From Mytilus trossulus (lineage: Eukaryota), in the NCBI RefSeq assembly GCF_036588685.1, contig NC_086382.1, positions 55,800,001 to 55,864,000 on the forward strand: 64,000 nucleotides of DNA, given 5' to 3'. The notes beneath the pieces are model-generated. The model had not been told where the DNA came from. It searched no databases and worked only from the letters and a program-made list of their open reading frames with translations. This document shows, piece by piece, positions 27,901-40,475 of this stretch (its first letter is position 1; each line of letters starts with the position of its first letter). Position numbers and translations under genes: made by a program.

Positions 27901-27966
27901 TACACAGATTATAATTGTAAGTTTTCAAGAGGAAAAAAAGGCCACTGTCAAAAAGGAATGAATCAT
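24901..27966 (-). CDS. GIY-YIG endonuclease/reverse transcriptase protein (~1020 aa) with 5-6 in-frame UGA codons, predicted selenoprotein
   Basis: Hand translation joins track ORFs 26764-27597 and 24901-26289 in the same frame. The only interruptions are TGA at 27751-53, 27658-60, 27625-27, 26764-66 and 26350-52, plus 27925-27 if the nearest upstream in-frame ATG (27966) is used. The frame ends at TAA 24901-03. The start codon is uncertain. Confidence 0.88.
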
Positions 27967-28859
27967 GACAAAAATGAATGAATCATGACAAAAATTTATG
28001 CAATATTTCGTATTATACTATATATGATGTGTCCCCGTCGAAAATGGATTATAAATCTGATGAAGATGACAACAAACACATTTAAAATAGAGAGACTATT
28101 GATAAAAGATTCATTTACTGATAGAAACAAGCTATACAAATTATTGGAATTACTTTTGTTAATGATAAGATTTATTTGGCGCCCTTTTATAATTCAGATG
28201 TTATAACATATTATTCACAAAATGAAAGAATTACACGATACTATTGACACAAATGAATATTCTGCATTATGGGAACCCCTGATATTGTTTAGAATAATTA
28301 ATTGATGATAAATTAAACCACTATGTAGCCAAAATATTTTTTTGTCTTTCTTCGCTTATGCTTGACCTCACGGTGATATAAAAAATGACACCCTGTAAAG
28401 TCTCCAGGTTAAATAATATTTTTTTGATTTTGCAATTTCAGACATTAAATAATTTCCTTATCATGGTAAAAAGTACATTCTCCTCTCAAATAAAAGACTT
28501 ACTTTGCTAACTCAAGTTACTTTATATAACATTAATTACAGCAAATGCACCATGTATGTGTGGCATTGAAAGTGTAAAATTACGACCATTAGCTTAGAGT
28601 GCGAGTTTATCGAATTATTTTTTTTTATGTTCCCAGACATATTAAAACGAAAACCGATCTATTACAAACTTTGCTTTTAGAGAAAGATATTTCACGTAAA
28701 AATACACATAGCATGTTTCATGAAATATTACTAGATGTCATTTAACTCATGTTGACTACATTGAAAATATAATAACTACGTTGTAATCCCGACACATTCT
28801 TGTGGTCCTATTTTTCACATACTGAAATATTTCTATTGTTATTTTCTTTTTCGCCAATA

Positions 28860-29270
28860 CTTGGGACAGCGGTTAGGACATCCTAGCTAAGATCATCCTC
28901 AACTAGCTTCGATGTGCATGCTGAGAAATGTTGTAAGTCGGTCCTAATTTATCATAATGTATGTCCTAAGAATGTCTTATAGGACCGATCTTAATAGGAC
29001 AGTTTCGATAACATAAACATCTAAAAATGTTATTATGTAACAAAAATATTTTCTTTTAAATGAGAAAAAAAATCCTTTATTTACTTGCACATTTCTTTAT
29101 AATTTAGGCATTAATCTTAATGCCTGCAAACATTTTTCATTATTTAAGCTTAAATCCTAGGATTTAAGACTAATGCCTAACATCATTTAGGCAATAGACT
29201 TACTGCCTAAGCGTTAGCTTATTGCCTAGGATTTAAGCTTAATGCCTAATTTCACTTATTGCCGCTAACA
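28860..29270. repeat. Low-complexity arrays of short inverted motifs (taggac/gtccta; taggcattaa/ttaatgccta), likely MITE remnants
   Basis: Repeated motifs visible in both orientations. Confidence 0.45.
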
Positions 29271-30737
29271 TATATACCGGTATTTATATATCTTTACTTC
29301 TACATTTTCTTTTTCAGATGTGTGATGATATAAGAAAAGTGTGTTGAAAGAATTTCCCTCTTTTCCAACATTGACTTGTGCACTAGGATTTAAACATTCC
29401 TCTGTAAGGTAGGTCGAAATTATTTTTTATGTCTTAATGTAATCCTTTTAAATAATAATATTCGTGTATCCTATTGCTGTCTCATTGGAAATCATATTAA
29501 TGATTAAAGGTATAGTAGCCCTTGTACATGAGACAAATCAAAACTAAGAGAATATCAGGAACTGCAAAAAGAGTTGCGTCCACATGATAAGTGTTTGATT
29601 ATATATAAGTCTGCATTATCCTCCAGGCGATTCATCACTCAGTTTAAATGTCACAAGTGTCGACTATTCTTGCATCTCAGTTCGAAGACTGCGAACACAT
29701 GTTGGGAATGTATTTCGGCACAGTTACTGCTTTAAACGGCATCAAGGTAGAATGATTGTAGAAATATTCGTACATATATAAATTTAGCTGCGGCGCCGTA
29801 GCTCTTAGGTCCTTATGTTAATTTTCTACTTTTTCAGGACCATAGAGCTACGGATTTTTCCTATTTCAAAACGTTCGACATTGCGACCTAGGTTCAGGTG
29901 GCACTTATTTCTCAACAATTTATTGTTTATAATCAGTGCAAAGCTTTTCAATATATACAGTTCGTTTCGTTATATTTTTATCAAGAAATGACGTACCTAA
30001 ATAAATAGATAATGTTTTAATAGGATACTAATTTAATCTTGTAATTTTTTGACACTTATCAATTCACGGAGTCAAACTTCATGGCAGAGTGCAAAAACAG
30101 TCGATATACGCCAAAGAGACTCTATATTCATTTCTTAAGACAATGACACTACCCCAAAAGATATCGGTATATCATATATGATTTAAAACTGGCTGATTGG
30201 AAGTGAAACAAGCCAAGTAAAGAAAACACGTACATTCTTGGTTACTCGTTTCCTTTATTGAAGTTTGGTTGTCAGATTCCTAGAATCATTGCATGAAAGT
30301 ACTTTATTATCACTGGTAATTCGATGTGATTAAAAATAATGAAAGTTCGCTTGAAGTTAATTCAATACCAGATAAATGGACTGTGTTACTTCCTATACAA
30401 CTCACTAGTAAAGATAAATCACAAAGGCTTACATAATTTATTTTGTATCAGGAATGTTTTTATTTTATCAAATCTGACGACTTGTTGCTTTTATTGGAGA
30501 CTGAAACATTGCTTGTCTAACATATTGGTTTTAAAGTAACTGGACTTTTCCAATCGCCATTATGTATAGGACGAAAGTTATCATGTGTCTGTGCTTGATA
30601 TGTTTGTCATACTTTCGACAAGTCTCGTATAGTCCATCGCATATTCATACTGGTTCTGCAGTTGAACGTGTCAAGTACGGATAACCGGACCTCGAAAATT
30701 ACTTGACAGTGCCAGAGACCACACCATAAATCATATA

Positions 30738-30947
30738 CTGTTCATTCATTATTATTCTTTGGAGTCCAGTGTTCGTGGGTTTCGTGGGTACAGGTGAACC
30801 ACGAGGTCAAATATTCAATGTATTACAAAATTTCTGTAAGCTTTGTATGCAGAGATTAGCAAACCCACGAAATCAAATATCCACAAAAATTCGGGTCATC
30901 CCCAATCCACGAAAAATTGATACCCACGAAAATAAATGAATCCACAG
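30738..30947. mobile_element. TA-flanked MITE (Tc1/mariner-like)
   Basis: ta|ctgttcattcatttatt ... aataaatgaatccacag|ta, with internal ttcgtgg/ccacgaa repeats. Confidence 0.7.
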
Positions 30948-32240
30948 TAACTGTTTTTGTCATGTGCTTAGTCGTGAATTTAAGTCGTAGATATATCCAT
31001 GAAAATGACAGGTTTTTTTTGTCTAAAATATTATTCATATTGACTACACTTTCTTACTTCTTTGGTTGTATCCTAACATGATGTTGGGACCATCTTCAAT
31101 ATTGAACCTTCATATAAACTATGCCGATTGTCTCTCTATGTAGAATTAATACCTATACGCAATCTATTAAAGACACACTATCAATATAATATAACAATGT
31201 TAAATTTTATTGTTTTTACAAAAAAATAGATTCCTAATAGTTTAAAGCAGTGACATGGTGTACTAATGTATGCATGGGGAAAAACATATGGAATTGACAC
31301 AACCCCTTAATCGCGACGTAAATGCTGATTTTTGCAATTCGTGCTCTCGCAATTTGCAGTTGTTTCTTCGAGGGAGTCCAAAAGCAAACTTATCTCATTC
31401 GTCATTTCAATGCTACAGTAGAGCTTTCATCTCAGAACAAAAGCGTACATTTAATGTTGCCTCAGAGTGTCTTTTCTTACATAAAGTAAATGACTTTAGA
31501 GTTATGTTGAATAATCTCTAAAAAATGATAGGTCAATTTAAACTGACAAATTCAAATGTTAGACTTTATCAACAAACAGAACGAAAATCAAACCACTATT
31601 ATGTTCCGGACTTGGTACAATAATTTTTTGGAGTGAAATTCTGAGTTAAACCTGGTTTTACAGCTATGTAATCCCCCACTTATATAAAAGAGGGACGAAA
31701 GATACCAAAGGGATAGTCAAACTCATTTATCTAAAATAATCTGACAATGCCGGGGCTAAATATGCAAGAGACAAACAGACAAACAATAGTACACATGACA
31801 AAACATAGAAAACTAAAGAATAAACAACGCGAACCCCATATATAACAGTCGTGCATACTCATTGACAAATTAGGTGAGTAATTCCAACAGACATAATACG
31901 TGACAATAATTTGTATTCAGCAGACAAAACTGTATAAAAACACTTCGCAGACATACAACACAAAGAATAACAATTGCAAACAACCAAACAGATAAATCTA
32001 GTAATGACGCCAACAATGTTTTTAAAGATATCATGTTGTTCAATATTGACATTATCTATTCTAGGAACGCATTTGCTAATTTTGGCGGTAAGAAATTGTT
32101 GTTAAAGAGTTTGTTTTATGAATACTCGAAACCAAATTTTCGTGTATATCATTAAACAAGAAAAAGGATATTTTAAGGATGTTTACTAAATAAAATATAT
32201 CTGCATATCATATTTTTTTAAATTGTCTCAAGACTTTGAA

Positions 32241-32605
32241 GGTGCAAGAAAATTGGTACCGTTAATTTCAAACTACCACTGGGTCGATGCCTCTGCTGAT
32301 GGACTATTAGTCTCCGAGGGTATGACCAGCCCAGTAGCCAGTACATGAAAATGCGGATTTTTTGTGTTATTAAAAATTGCTGTTACAAAATATAAGAAAT
32401 TATTATAAATTAAGGAATGTATCTCCCTCATGCAAAACTCTTATTCCTTTCACGGATTCGGTTATACGTTTTGGACCTTTAAGATTATAGCTCTTCATCT
32501 TTTGTATAAACTTCGGACTTCAAATATTTGGCCACGAGCATCACTGAAGAGACATGTGTTGTCGAAATGCCCATCTGTTGCAAGAAAATTGGTACCGTTT
32601 ATTTT
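32241..32605 (+). mobile_element. Retrozyme monomer of a second subfamily (~336 nt unit)
   Basis: Direct repeat tgcaagaaaattggtaccgtt at both ends, a hammerhead at 32538-32581, and a structured domain shared with the 3308-3680 copy. Confidence 0.78.
32538..32581 (+). ncRNA. Type I minimal hammerhead ribozyme, slightly degenerate
   Basis: GCAUCA CUGAAGA GAC AUGUGUU GUC GAAA UGCCCA UC / UGUUGC: core CUGANGA and GAAA intact, one stem I mismatch, non-palindromic loop III. Confidence 0.72.
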
Positions 32606-35004
32606 GTTAAGGATGGTGGAATTTCTAATTTAATTAAGCATAATATTTACGTTCTTGTTAAATCAATCATACGTGGAAAGAATCGGTGTTCTTTTAAAAA
32701 TTTATCAAGGGGTTTAAGAGCTGTAAGTTATCCAAAATATGATGTGTGTGTTGTTTGCGTACTGAAAAGTTGTCTTTACCAGTTGTGGTTTAATTTCAAA
32801 TATGACCACCATATCCTTTTCTACCAATAAATGAAATGCTTGAAAAAGTATGGATAAAACAGTCTGAATTTTGATTTTGAAATGTGATTAAACGCTTAAA
32901 AACATTAACGGGTTCTAACACAGAATGAATGTGGTCAGAGAAATTGAAAAGATTAAATTTACTTGAGACCTTCTTCGACTTCTTTTTTTATATCAACTTC
33001 TGCGCACAATTTGAGTGTGTATGTTTTTTTCTCGTTCAGCAATTTGATTTACAAAAGTCGTTAACAGCAAGCACTATCGTGAAGTGGCTTTTAATCAGAA
33101 CCGATTCACTGAATATTGCCTAGCATGTACAACATATAAAGCAAGAAAAACATAAATAATTCAAAATAACTCGTTTGAGATGATGAGGTATTTCTTTAAG
33201 TGTTACAATTACTGTAGGTGAGTGCATCATGATAATTTATAACTTGGTGATAGTGTAATTAAAATTTAGAGCTTAGTATACTATTTATGTGTCTGTTTTA
33301 ACCATTAAATCTTCAAATCAATCATTCATTTGTTTCTGAAGAAAAATCAAATAACAAAACTACCGAAATCCGAAGAATATGCAAAAACTGAAATGGCAGC
33401 AACAAGTGATGAAAAAAACATCAAACGAATGGACAACAATTGTCATATTTCTGACTTGGTACAGGCATTCTCAAATGTAGACAATGGTGGATTGAACCTG
33501 GTTTTATAGCGCTGAACATCTCACTTGTATGACAGTCACATCAAAATCACTTTTTTGATGCGTTTAATAAAAAACAGACATAATAGGTAAAATTAAAAGG
33601 AACAAATCTTGATTGCTGAACTTAAGATTGGTGGTTGGTCATCGGCCTATTGAAGTACTGGGGCTCAATAAGTATATATGTGAGGACAGACAGTTTGTTG
33701 AAATATCGATCCAATCGATTCAAGAAATATGCAGGCGATGAAAACGTTCACTACTTTTAGGATATTAACCGAATATAGTGCGATATGTTTGCCTATTCAA
33801 GATATCGCTAGAAGCTTAGTCTGATGACGGATTACCGATAACGGATTCAGAACCTCCTGCTTCTTAAAAGGGTTAAATACTTCAGTGCCCATTTGATGTC
33901 GTTGATTTCGAAGCGCTCTGACCAGTTTTGGTCAATTCAGGTAAAGCTATAATAAAGTCGTATACTTTTGTTTTTCATGTATCGTTCAAAGGTTTTTGAT
34001 GTAATAGAATAATTATACTGTGCAACGATGATTATACACATTATTGGTACTTCAGGATTGTACATAATGTATACTTCATTTGTAAATGGTTAAAATATGT
34101 TATGTATTGTGAAATTGGAATGGGGTGTATGGAAGAGGAAAATGTATGTCGTGGTATTGATAATGGTTTAAGTAGAAAGTGTAAGTGGTTCAATGGCTAA
34201 TCAATCTCATACTACTTTGTAAAATTCTTTATAAAGTATGATAACAATGCATAAAAGCTAGCTAAAACTTTTGATAACTCATTTGCTTATTATAAAAAAA
34301 GTAGTGCAAATTGTGTTTCCCACGTAATCAACACGACGTAAAAATCATGCTACAACTGTCATGTTTTAGTATTATCACAGATCCAGAAGACCCATAAATT
34401 TTACATTAGAAACAAGTTAAATATATTTTGAAGAGATAATATACATTTTCACTTCTTCTGCACTGATAAACATATTCCAGTTAATTATACTCAATCATGA
34501 TTTTAACACCGCAGCAAGTTTTGTTCAGAATGTTCGATTAGTGTGCTTGGGAGATTGCAAGAATCTTAAATCGATAGTTTTACATGGTCTTTATATTATA
34601 ATAAAAAAATGTTAATGTCACATCTGGATATGTGTTTGAAAGCTATTTGCACGCATGTCCATTAATTAAATCACAACTTGTAACCAGATAGAGCTATGTC
34701 ATGCCACTTGCGTGACTACATTCTGAACAGGCCTTGCTTAAACGTCTTTGTCAGATTCTCAACAGGCTACTTCCGCATTGTATTACAAAGGAATCAGTTC
34801 CTATGCTGAACTTTATATAGAAATAATCTTCTGAATCAATACGTACATGAAAGAAAAGTACTTGTCAAATTTAAATGGTGTGCCTCCCCTAACGTTGCTG
34901 TAAGAGATTATAAGAAAATAGATTAATTGTTCTAAAATGTATTTAGAATAGGATCTGTTTAAATATGTTGTAAGGAACGTGCATTTTTATCCGTTGCAAC
35001 TAAT

Positions 35005-35422
35005 CTGTATTTTTGTCTATCTGATGAGTTAAGCCTTTTTCTACTGATTTTTATAGTTCGTTCTTATGTTGGACTGTTAAACAACTGTCCCAGGTTAATG
35101 GGAGGGTTGAGATCCCGCTAACATGTTTCAACCCGCCACATTATTAATGTATGTGTCTGTTCCAAGTCAGGAGCCTTTAATTCAGTGTTTGTCGTTTGTT
35201 TTTGTGTTACATATTTGTTTTTCGTTCATTTTTTTTACATAAATTAGGTCGTTAATTTTTTCGTTTGAATTGTTTTACATTGTCTTATCCGGGCCTTTTA
35301 TAGCTGACTGTGTGGTATCGGCTTTGAAGGCAGAACGGTGATCTATAGTTGTTAATGTCTGTGTCATTTTGGTCTTTGGTGGATAGTTGTCACATTGGCA
35401 ATCATACCTCATCTTTTTTTAA
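35005..35422 (+). repeat. Diverged relative of the Naiad 3' terminal region
   Basis: Colinear with 21545-21955 (gagttaag, ccgc, aagtcagga, gtcgtttgtt, gcctttatagct, gaaggc, gttgtc.cattggca..cat). Confidence 0.7.
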
Positions 35423-37122
35423 CATTTACGAAAACTATAAAATAACTGCAAAAGTTCTACTGTCTGTAAAACATTTGTAAGTAGTAACGTAACATTTGTA
35501 CTTGAGTATTTTGCACATGCATATGTCGCTTGATATGGTATCCAAGACCAATCGTTAAAGTTATTCTACTACTTAATAGTTATGACTGAAAAAAAATCTA
35601 CTATATTGTGATGGTTGATCCAAACCTAGAATGTTTTACCAGTTGACACACTTGATGACACTCTTTTTAGAGGAGTTCATATATTTGCGTTTATCTTTAA
35701 TATCATATACTATTTTGAAATACCGGATTTTGTTTATAGATATGTTTTTGACCAAATACAACTTCTTATAGCTACATACAAATACGACGCAACAGAAGTA
35801 CCGGAATATTGTGCAGGAATATTGCAATTGTTATCATAAAGTCCGTTTATATTGTTTTCGTTACAGTCCAGTGTTTATGTTGTTCCGCTGTTTTCCTCTT
35901 TATAGTTTTTTGTCGTCGTCTTTTATCCGGATTTGGTTTTTTCGTTATTGAATTATGACTTTTGAACAGCGGTAAAATACTGTTACCTTGATCAAATCTC
36001 TTGAATCTATAAGATAATAATCAGGAAAAAATGCCACAATCGCAAAATAAAAATCAAAATTGTGCGTCGACTGGTTAAGCTGTACATGGTACATGCAGTA
36101 TATGCATTGCTTATCCTCACTTTGGAAATATTGTTACAATCGGGAAACTAACAGGTCAGACGACGTCTAAAGGGTAAGGAACACAAAGACATGTCACTTA
36201 TGAGTTAAAACACAGACACATGTTATCGGTCATTTAATCGTGTTGGTAACAAAAAACTGACCTAGAGTATTTATTCAAACTAAAGAAAAGGTAATACATG
36301 AAGTGTCCTGCAAAGAAAACTCAAATGGTTTGTCATACATATTTGAAAATAAAGACTTCCCTCGAAAGAATGATAATATGAAGGGTACCAAATTTTTGGC
36401 ACCAGATGTTGAAAAAAATGTCTCTTCAGTGATGTTCGAGACCTCTATATATCGAAAGTTTATAAAATATATAGAGCTTACAATAAAATGTGACAGAAAA
36501 AAGAAACAAAAAATTGTTGTATTTGAAAAAAGAAATTATCAAAATAAACTGTGTGTTACATGTATATAAAAAGAGGGCACATACAATACATAATTGAAAG
36601 ACAATTCAAAGATTAAGTTCCAATAGCTGTTCTTAAGTTCATCATTGACAAAACGTGTATGTTGTTTTAAAGGGTACACCAATAAATTTTATACTAGCAC
36701 ATATTATATCATACTATTAGTGACTTGCGTATAGGTGTTGATCTTGATTCAAATAAACGATTTTTGTCGTAAATATGCACCACCAATCTACATTAAGGAA
36801 TAATCTGAGGCAAAAACAATACTTGACGTGTAATAAATAGAACGATACATATAAATCAAGTTTTAGATAGACTGGTTATTGGATCTTCTTGCTTCATTTA
36901 ATGTTAATCAAAAATTATACAACACATCACATAGTTACCATAAGATTTACAAATCTGTTTGGATTGATAAGTCTATAATAACATGATATGAAACAGATTT
37001 ATTTGACTGACAATCTAGAATCGAATCAGTTGTTTTTCTAATTTCAATAACTGTTTTGTTAATGTTTTTTTTACTCACATTTTTATCGATAACTCTATTA
37101 AAGTCGGTTTTACTTCATATTC

Positions 37123-37267
37123 AACAAGAATATTTCTATAGAACATGGATTCTCACTCGCACTATCATTTTCTATATTCAGTAACGCTTGAAATTGGGGT
37201 AAAAACTATATTGTTGCATTAAAGTTAGAAAGATCGTATCATCGAGAATATGAATACTTAGTTTTAA
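37123..37267 (+). mobile_element. 5' half of a Helentron/HINE-like repeat split by nested insertions
   Basis: aacaagaat...cactcgcactatcattttctat...gcattaaagttagaaagatc...gttttaa appears to continue at 49051 (gttgattggac...). The family is recognised from memory of bivalve repeats. Confidence 0.55.
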
Positions 37268-38048
37268 GGTCAAGGAACAGTAAATGGGCTATGTCGCAGA
37301 TTTTGCAAAAAAATTGCATACAACCTTTGCTCGTTGAACTACAACTGAAAATCGAAAAAATAATACATTTATCTCTTTTATTATCTGAAAAATTGCAGAT
37401 TGATTTCTTTTAATATGGGTGAATATTTGTATAGAAAGCACATAAAATCGGCGAAAAACCTTCTGAAATTTGTCTTAAAATCGCCAAATCTCTAATTCTA
37501 CTCCATAGATTTTCTTAAAAAACTATATATTGTTGACACATAAATTTCTGTTTTAATGATATAAAATAATCATAGGGTCACCGACTTCGTTTTTTGTCTA
37601 GTAACCAATTTGTTACCTTGTTGGTAGTGAAAAACGTCCAATATCAACGTTTTACGGCCTGCGACGTTTTGTTGGATTTTTTAACAAAGAACGCAACTTT
37701 GAATGATGTGTACCGTAAAAACGAAGTCGGTGACCCTATCTTTATTTTACACACATCATTATAACGGAAATTTATGTATCAACAACAAATAGTTTTTTAA
37801 GAAAAATCTATGGAGTAGAATAAGAGATTTTGCGATTTTAAGACAAATTTTAGAAGGGTTTTCGCCAATTTTATGTGCTTTCTATACAAATGTTCACCCA
37901 TTTTGTAAGAATTCAATCAGTAATATTTCAAATGATAATTGAGATAAATGCATTATCATTTCGATTTTTAGTTGAAGTTCATCGAGCCAGAGTTGTATGC
38001 CAAATTTTACTGAAATCTGCGACATAGCCCATTTACTGTAACTTGACC
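37268..38048. mobile_element. Foldback MITE with ~330 bp inverted arms and TTAA target site (Kolobok-like)
   Basis: ttaa|ggtcaaggaacagtaaatgggctatgtcgcagattt ... aaatctgcgacatagcccatttactgtaacttgacc|tta. The arms pair inward to gggtcaccgacttcgttttt / aaaaacgaagtcggtgaccc. The superfamily call is inferred from TTAA plus GG termini. Confidence 0.85.
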
Positions 38049-39714
38049 TTACACAGGGAAAAGTGCCACGCGTGTTTTACGTATATTTTACATATGTTAA
38101 ACATGTGTTTGGTAACGCATGGGAAACATCTTTTTCCTACCACACATGTAAAACGCATGTTTTAAACATGCGTTATTCATGCGTTTTACGCATGAATAAT
38201 ACATGTTATGTAAAACACATGTTAAAAACATGCGTTTTACGCATGAATAATACATGTTATGTAAAACACATGTTAAAAACATGCGTTATTCGTGCGTTTT
38301 ACACATGAAAAATATATGTAATGTTAAACGCATGTTTCAAAACCATGCGTTAAGCATGTGTTGTAAGAAACATGTGTATAATATGCGTTTTAAATGATGC
38401 GTATAACATGTGTGAAACAAACATGCGTATAATGCATATATTTCAAATCATCCATAAAACCTTTGTCAAGTTAGCTAGTTCACATTCCATATGTTCCACA
38501 AAACCAAGACGACTTCTGTTTACTTTTGAAGGCTGTTCCCTAGACATAATTGCTTTAATCAGTTTAATTTGGACTCTGTTTGGTAGTAGTCCAATTGGCA
38601 GCATACAACATCTTTTTATGTTTATTTTGACCACAAATCTCCTTTCAACAAGCAACATCAGTATCATATTACAGACAAGACTTCACTTTTCATTAGCTCT
38701 GTTTGAATACACCAATAAACAAAAGAAATGTCTGTAACACGATTTTCATGTTTCTAAAACCTTTATCAAGTACATTTGACACTAAGATGTTTGAAAAGAC
38801 AATGATATGAAATATTTGATGGAATAAAAACCTACAATCTTTGGTCTCTGTAGTTTCATTGGCAGTAATACCACAACTCTTTTATACAGAGGTCAAAATT
38901 ATCTTAAAAAAATTTTGTGGAATGTTGTACATGTATTTGACAATTTTTGTTAAAATGTTACTCATGGTTAAACTAAAACGTACACATTTGTTGGCTTATG
39001 CATATAATACATGTAATATGAAAAGGAAAACCCAAAAAGTGTATTAATGGTTCCTTTAGCATCAATTTAAATACAATTTTGAAGTTGTGTCCCTTGCATG
39101 TTAAATGATCTGAGACTGTATAATTGTTTTTAAACATATTAAATGAAAAAGTCAATAAATCTGCTTAAGAATATATTTATATTTTTTCTCTCTGTTGTCT
39201 ATTTGTTGCAGAATATAAATTTGAAAAAAACTTGGATTTTGATTTCACTCTACTTTTATTTACAGCATTCTCAAAACGTTACAATCAACTTTTTTTTGTT
39301 TTTGTTGTTGACATAATAACATTATCAATTGAATGTTCTTTCTTCTAAATGTCACTCTCCTTGATGTTGTCTTTATCTGAAAAGAAAACAATAATATTCA
39401 TAATCATACATTTAAACTTAATTTGATTTATTCCCATATACTGTAAGTTGTTAGTTTTAAACATACTTGTAATGAAATAACCTCAGTGACTTAAAACATG
39501 CTTTTCTGTCTCATTTTTGTCTCTTGTGGAGAGTTGTCTCATTGGCAGTAATACCACATCTACTTTTTTTATATTTTTCTCCTTTTGATATAACATATTT
39601 GAATAAAACTGGAAAGTATTTTATAAATATAAATATTTGTTTTGCTATCAGTAAATTAAAACCAAACTAAATATTATTGTTATACACATATGTATGTTTA
39701 CCAGTTTTACAAAC

Positions 39715-39960
39715 TGTTGATACCTATATTTTGGCATTGTACAAGATCATGTTCTTATCCTATGACTAATGGCGGTATATTCACTAAATCCATTAGATGT
39801 GTACTGATTGATATTTAAGTCTCAGACACATGATTTTTGGTTTTACATTTGGCATGAGTTTTGCTTATTTTAAATTCTTCTTCAATGGTCTCTGGTAATG
39901 CTGGTGGAGAGTAATGACTCATTGGCAGTTGGCAATCATACCACATCTTCTTATTTTTAT
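39715..39960 (+). mobile_element. Decayed Naiad-related 3'UTR fragment including a SECIS relic
   Basis: 39715-39840 aligns by eye with the reverse complement of 24690-24812 (tg.tgatac..ttttggcattg..catgt..gacta..ctaaatcc..gatgtg..gat..agtctc.ga..catgattttt). The shared 3' tail ttggcaatcataccacatcttc follows. Confidence 0.7.
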
Positions 39961-40475
39961 ATTAAAAAATTGAAGCTAAAAATTGGGCACAATGAATATT
40001 TGTAATAAAAACAATCTATTGCAATACAAAACGTAACCACAACTGATCTTTTTACTTACAAAATCGAACAGTTTTTAAAGTGTTACTACCATAAGATGTT
40101 AGTTGAAACTTTTCATTCATTCATTTATAGGTATTAAATACCCATGAAACTTTTAACAACTGCAATGTGTTAGGAAAAGCAAGGATTGCAAGGATTAAAA
40201 CATTTTTTTTTAAATCTCTCTCCAAATATTACATAATTATAAATATAAATTTAAACACAAACCTACTTTTTTGGCCTACAGAAGTCCATTCTATGAAAAT
40301 ATCCTTTGGTTATGTATGCTTGGCTTTCCAGAAACTCCTGTAACATAAATATGAAATAAAATGAAGTTTTGGATACATTCTTTATAAGATGTCATTTTTT
40401 ATTAATTATGAACATGGTAAAGGTACAAATAGTTTCAATTCACTCTCAATGAGAGTGTTTTTCAATAAAGGGTTA

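Larger units (their letters stand above)
23873..27966 (-). mobile_element. Penelope-like retroelement, Naiad type (N-terminal GIY-YIG EN - CxC linker - RT), with ~1 kb 3'UTR; 5' boundary uncertain
   Basis: One frame carries GIY-YIG motifs (LIYVVT..QYVGQTGR..R..EH..RELFWIKRL..GLN), the linker UDC..FKYVPYGHVITGDL..KGPKYR, and PLE RT motifs (VPADKAANN, MYWLPKLHK, SYDFSTLYT, GIPMGTNCAPLIADLFL, RYLDD, FLDLDI, YDKRDDF). The 3' end is defined by the homologous copy at 21429-21960. Confidence 0.95.

Noticed and set aside
24901-27966. Alternative genetic code (UGA=Trp, e.g. organellar insert)
   Set aside because: The Trp codons I checked in the linker are TGG, and the TGAs sit in Cys motifs, not Trp positions.
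35021-35060. CTGATGA suggesting a hammerhead in the Naiad-like tail
   Set aside because: No stem II and no GAAA follow. I found no canonical hammerhead in the Naiad itself.
38052-38440. CRISPR-like array or coding repeats (ORFs 38063-38308, 38097-38282, 48799-49119)
   Set aside because: These are subterminal repeats of the CACAG transposon, with no unique spacers and no cas genes.
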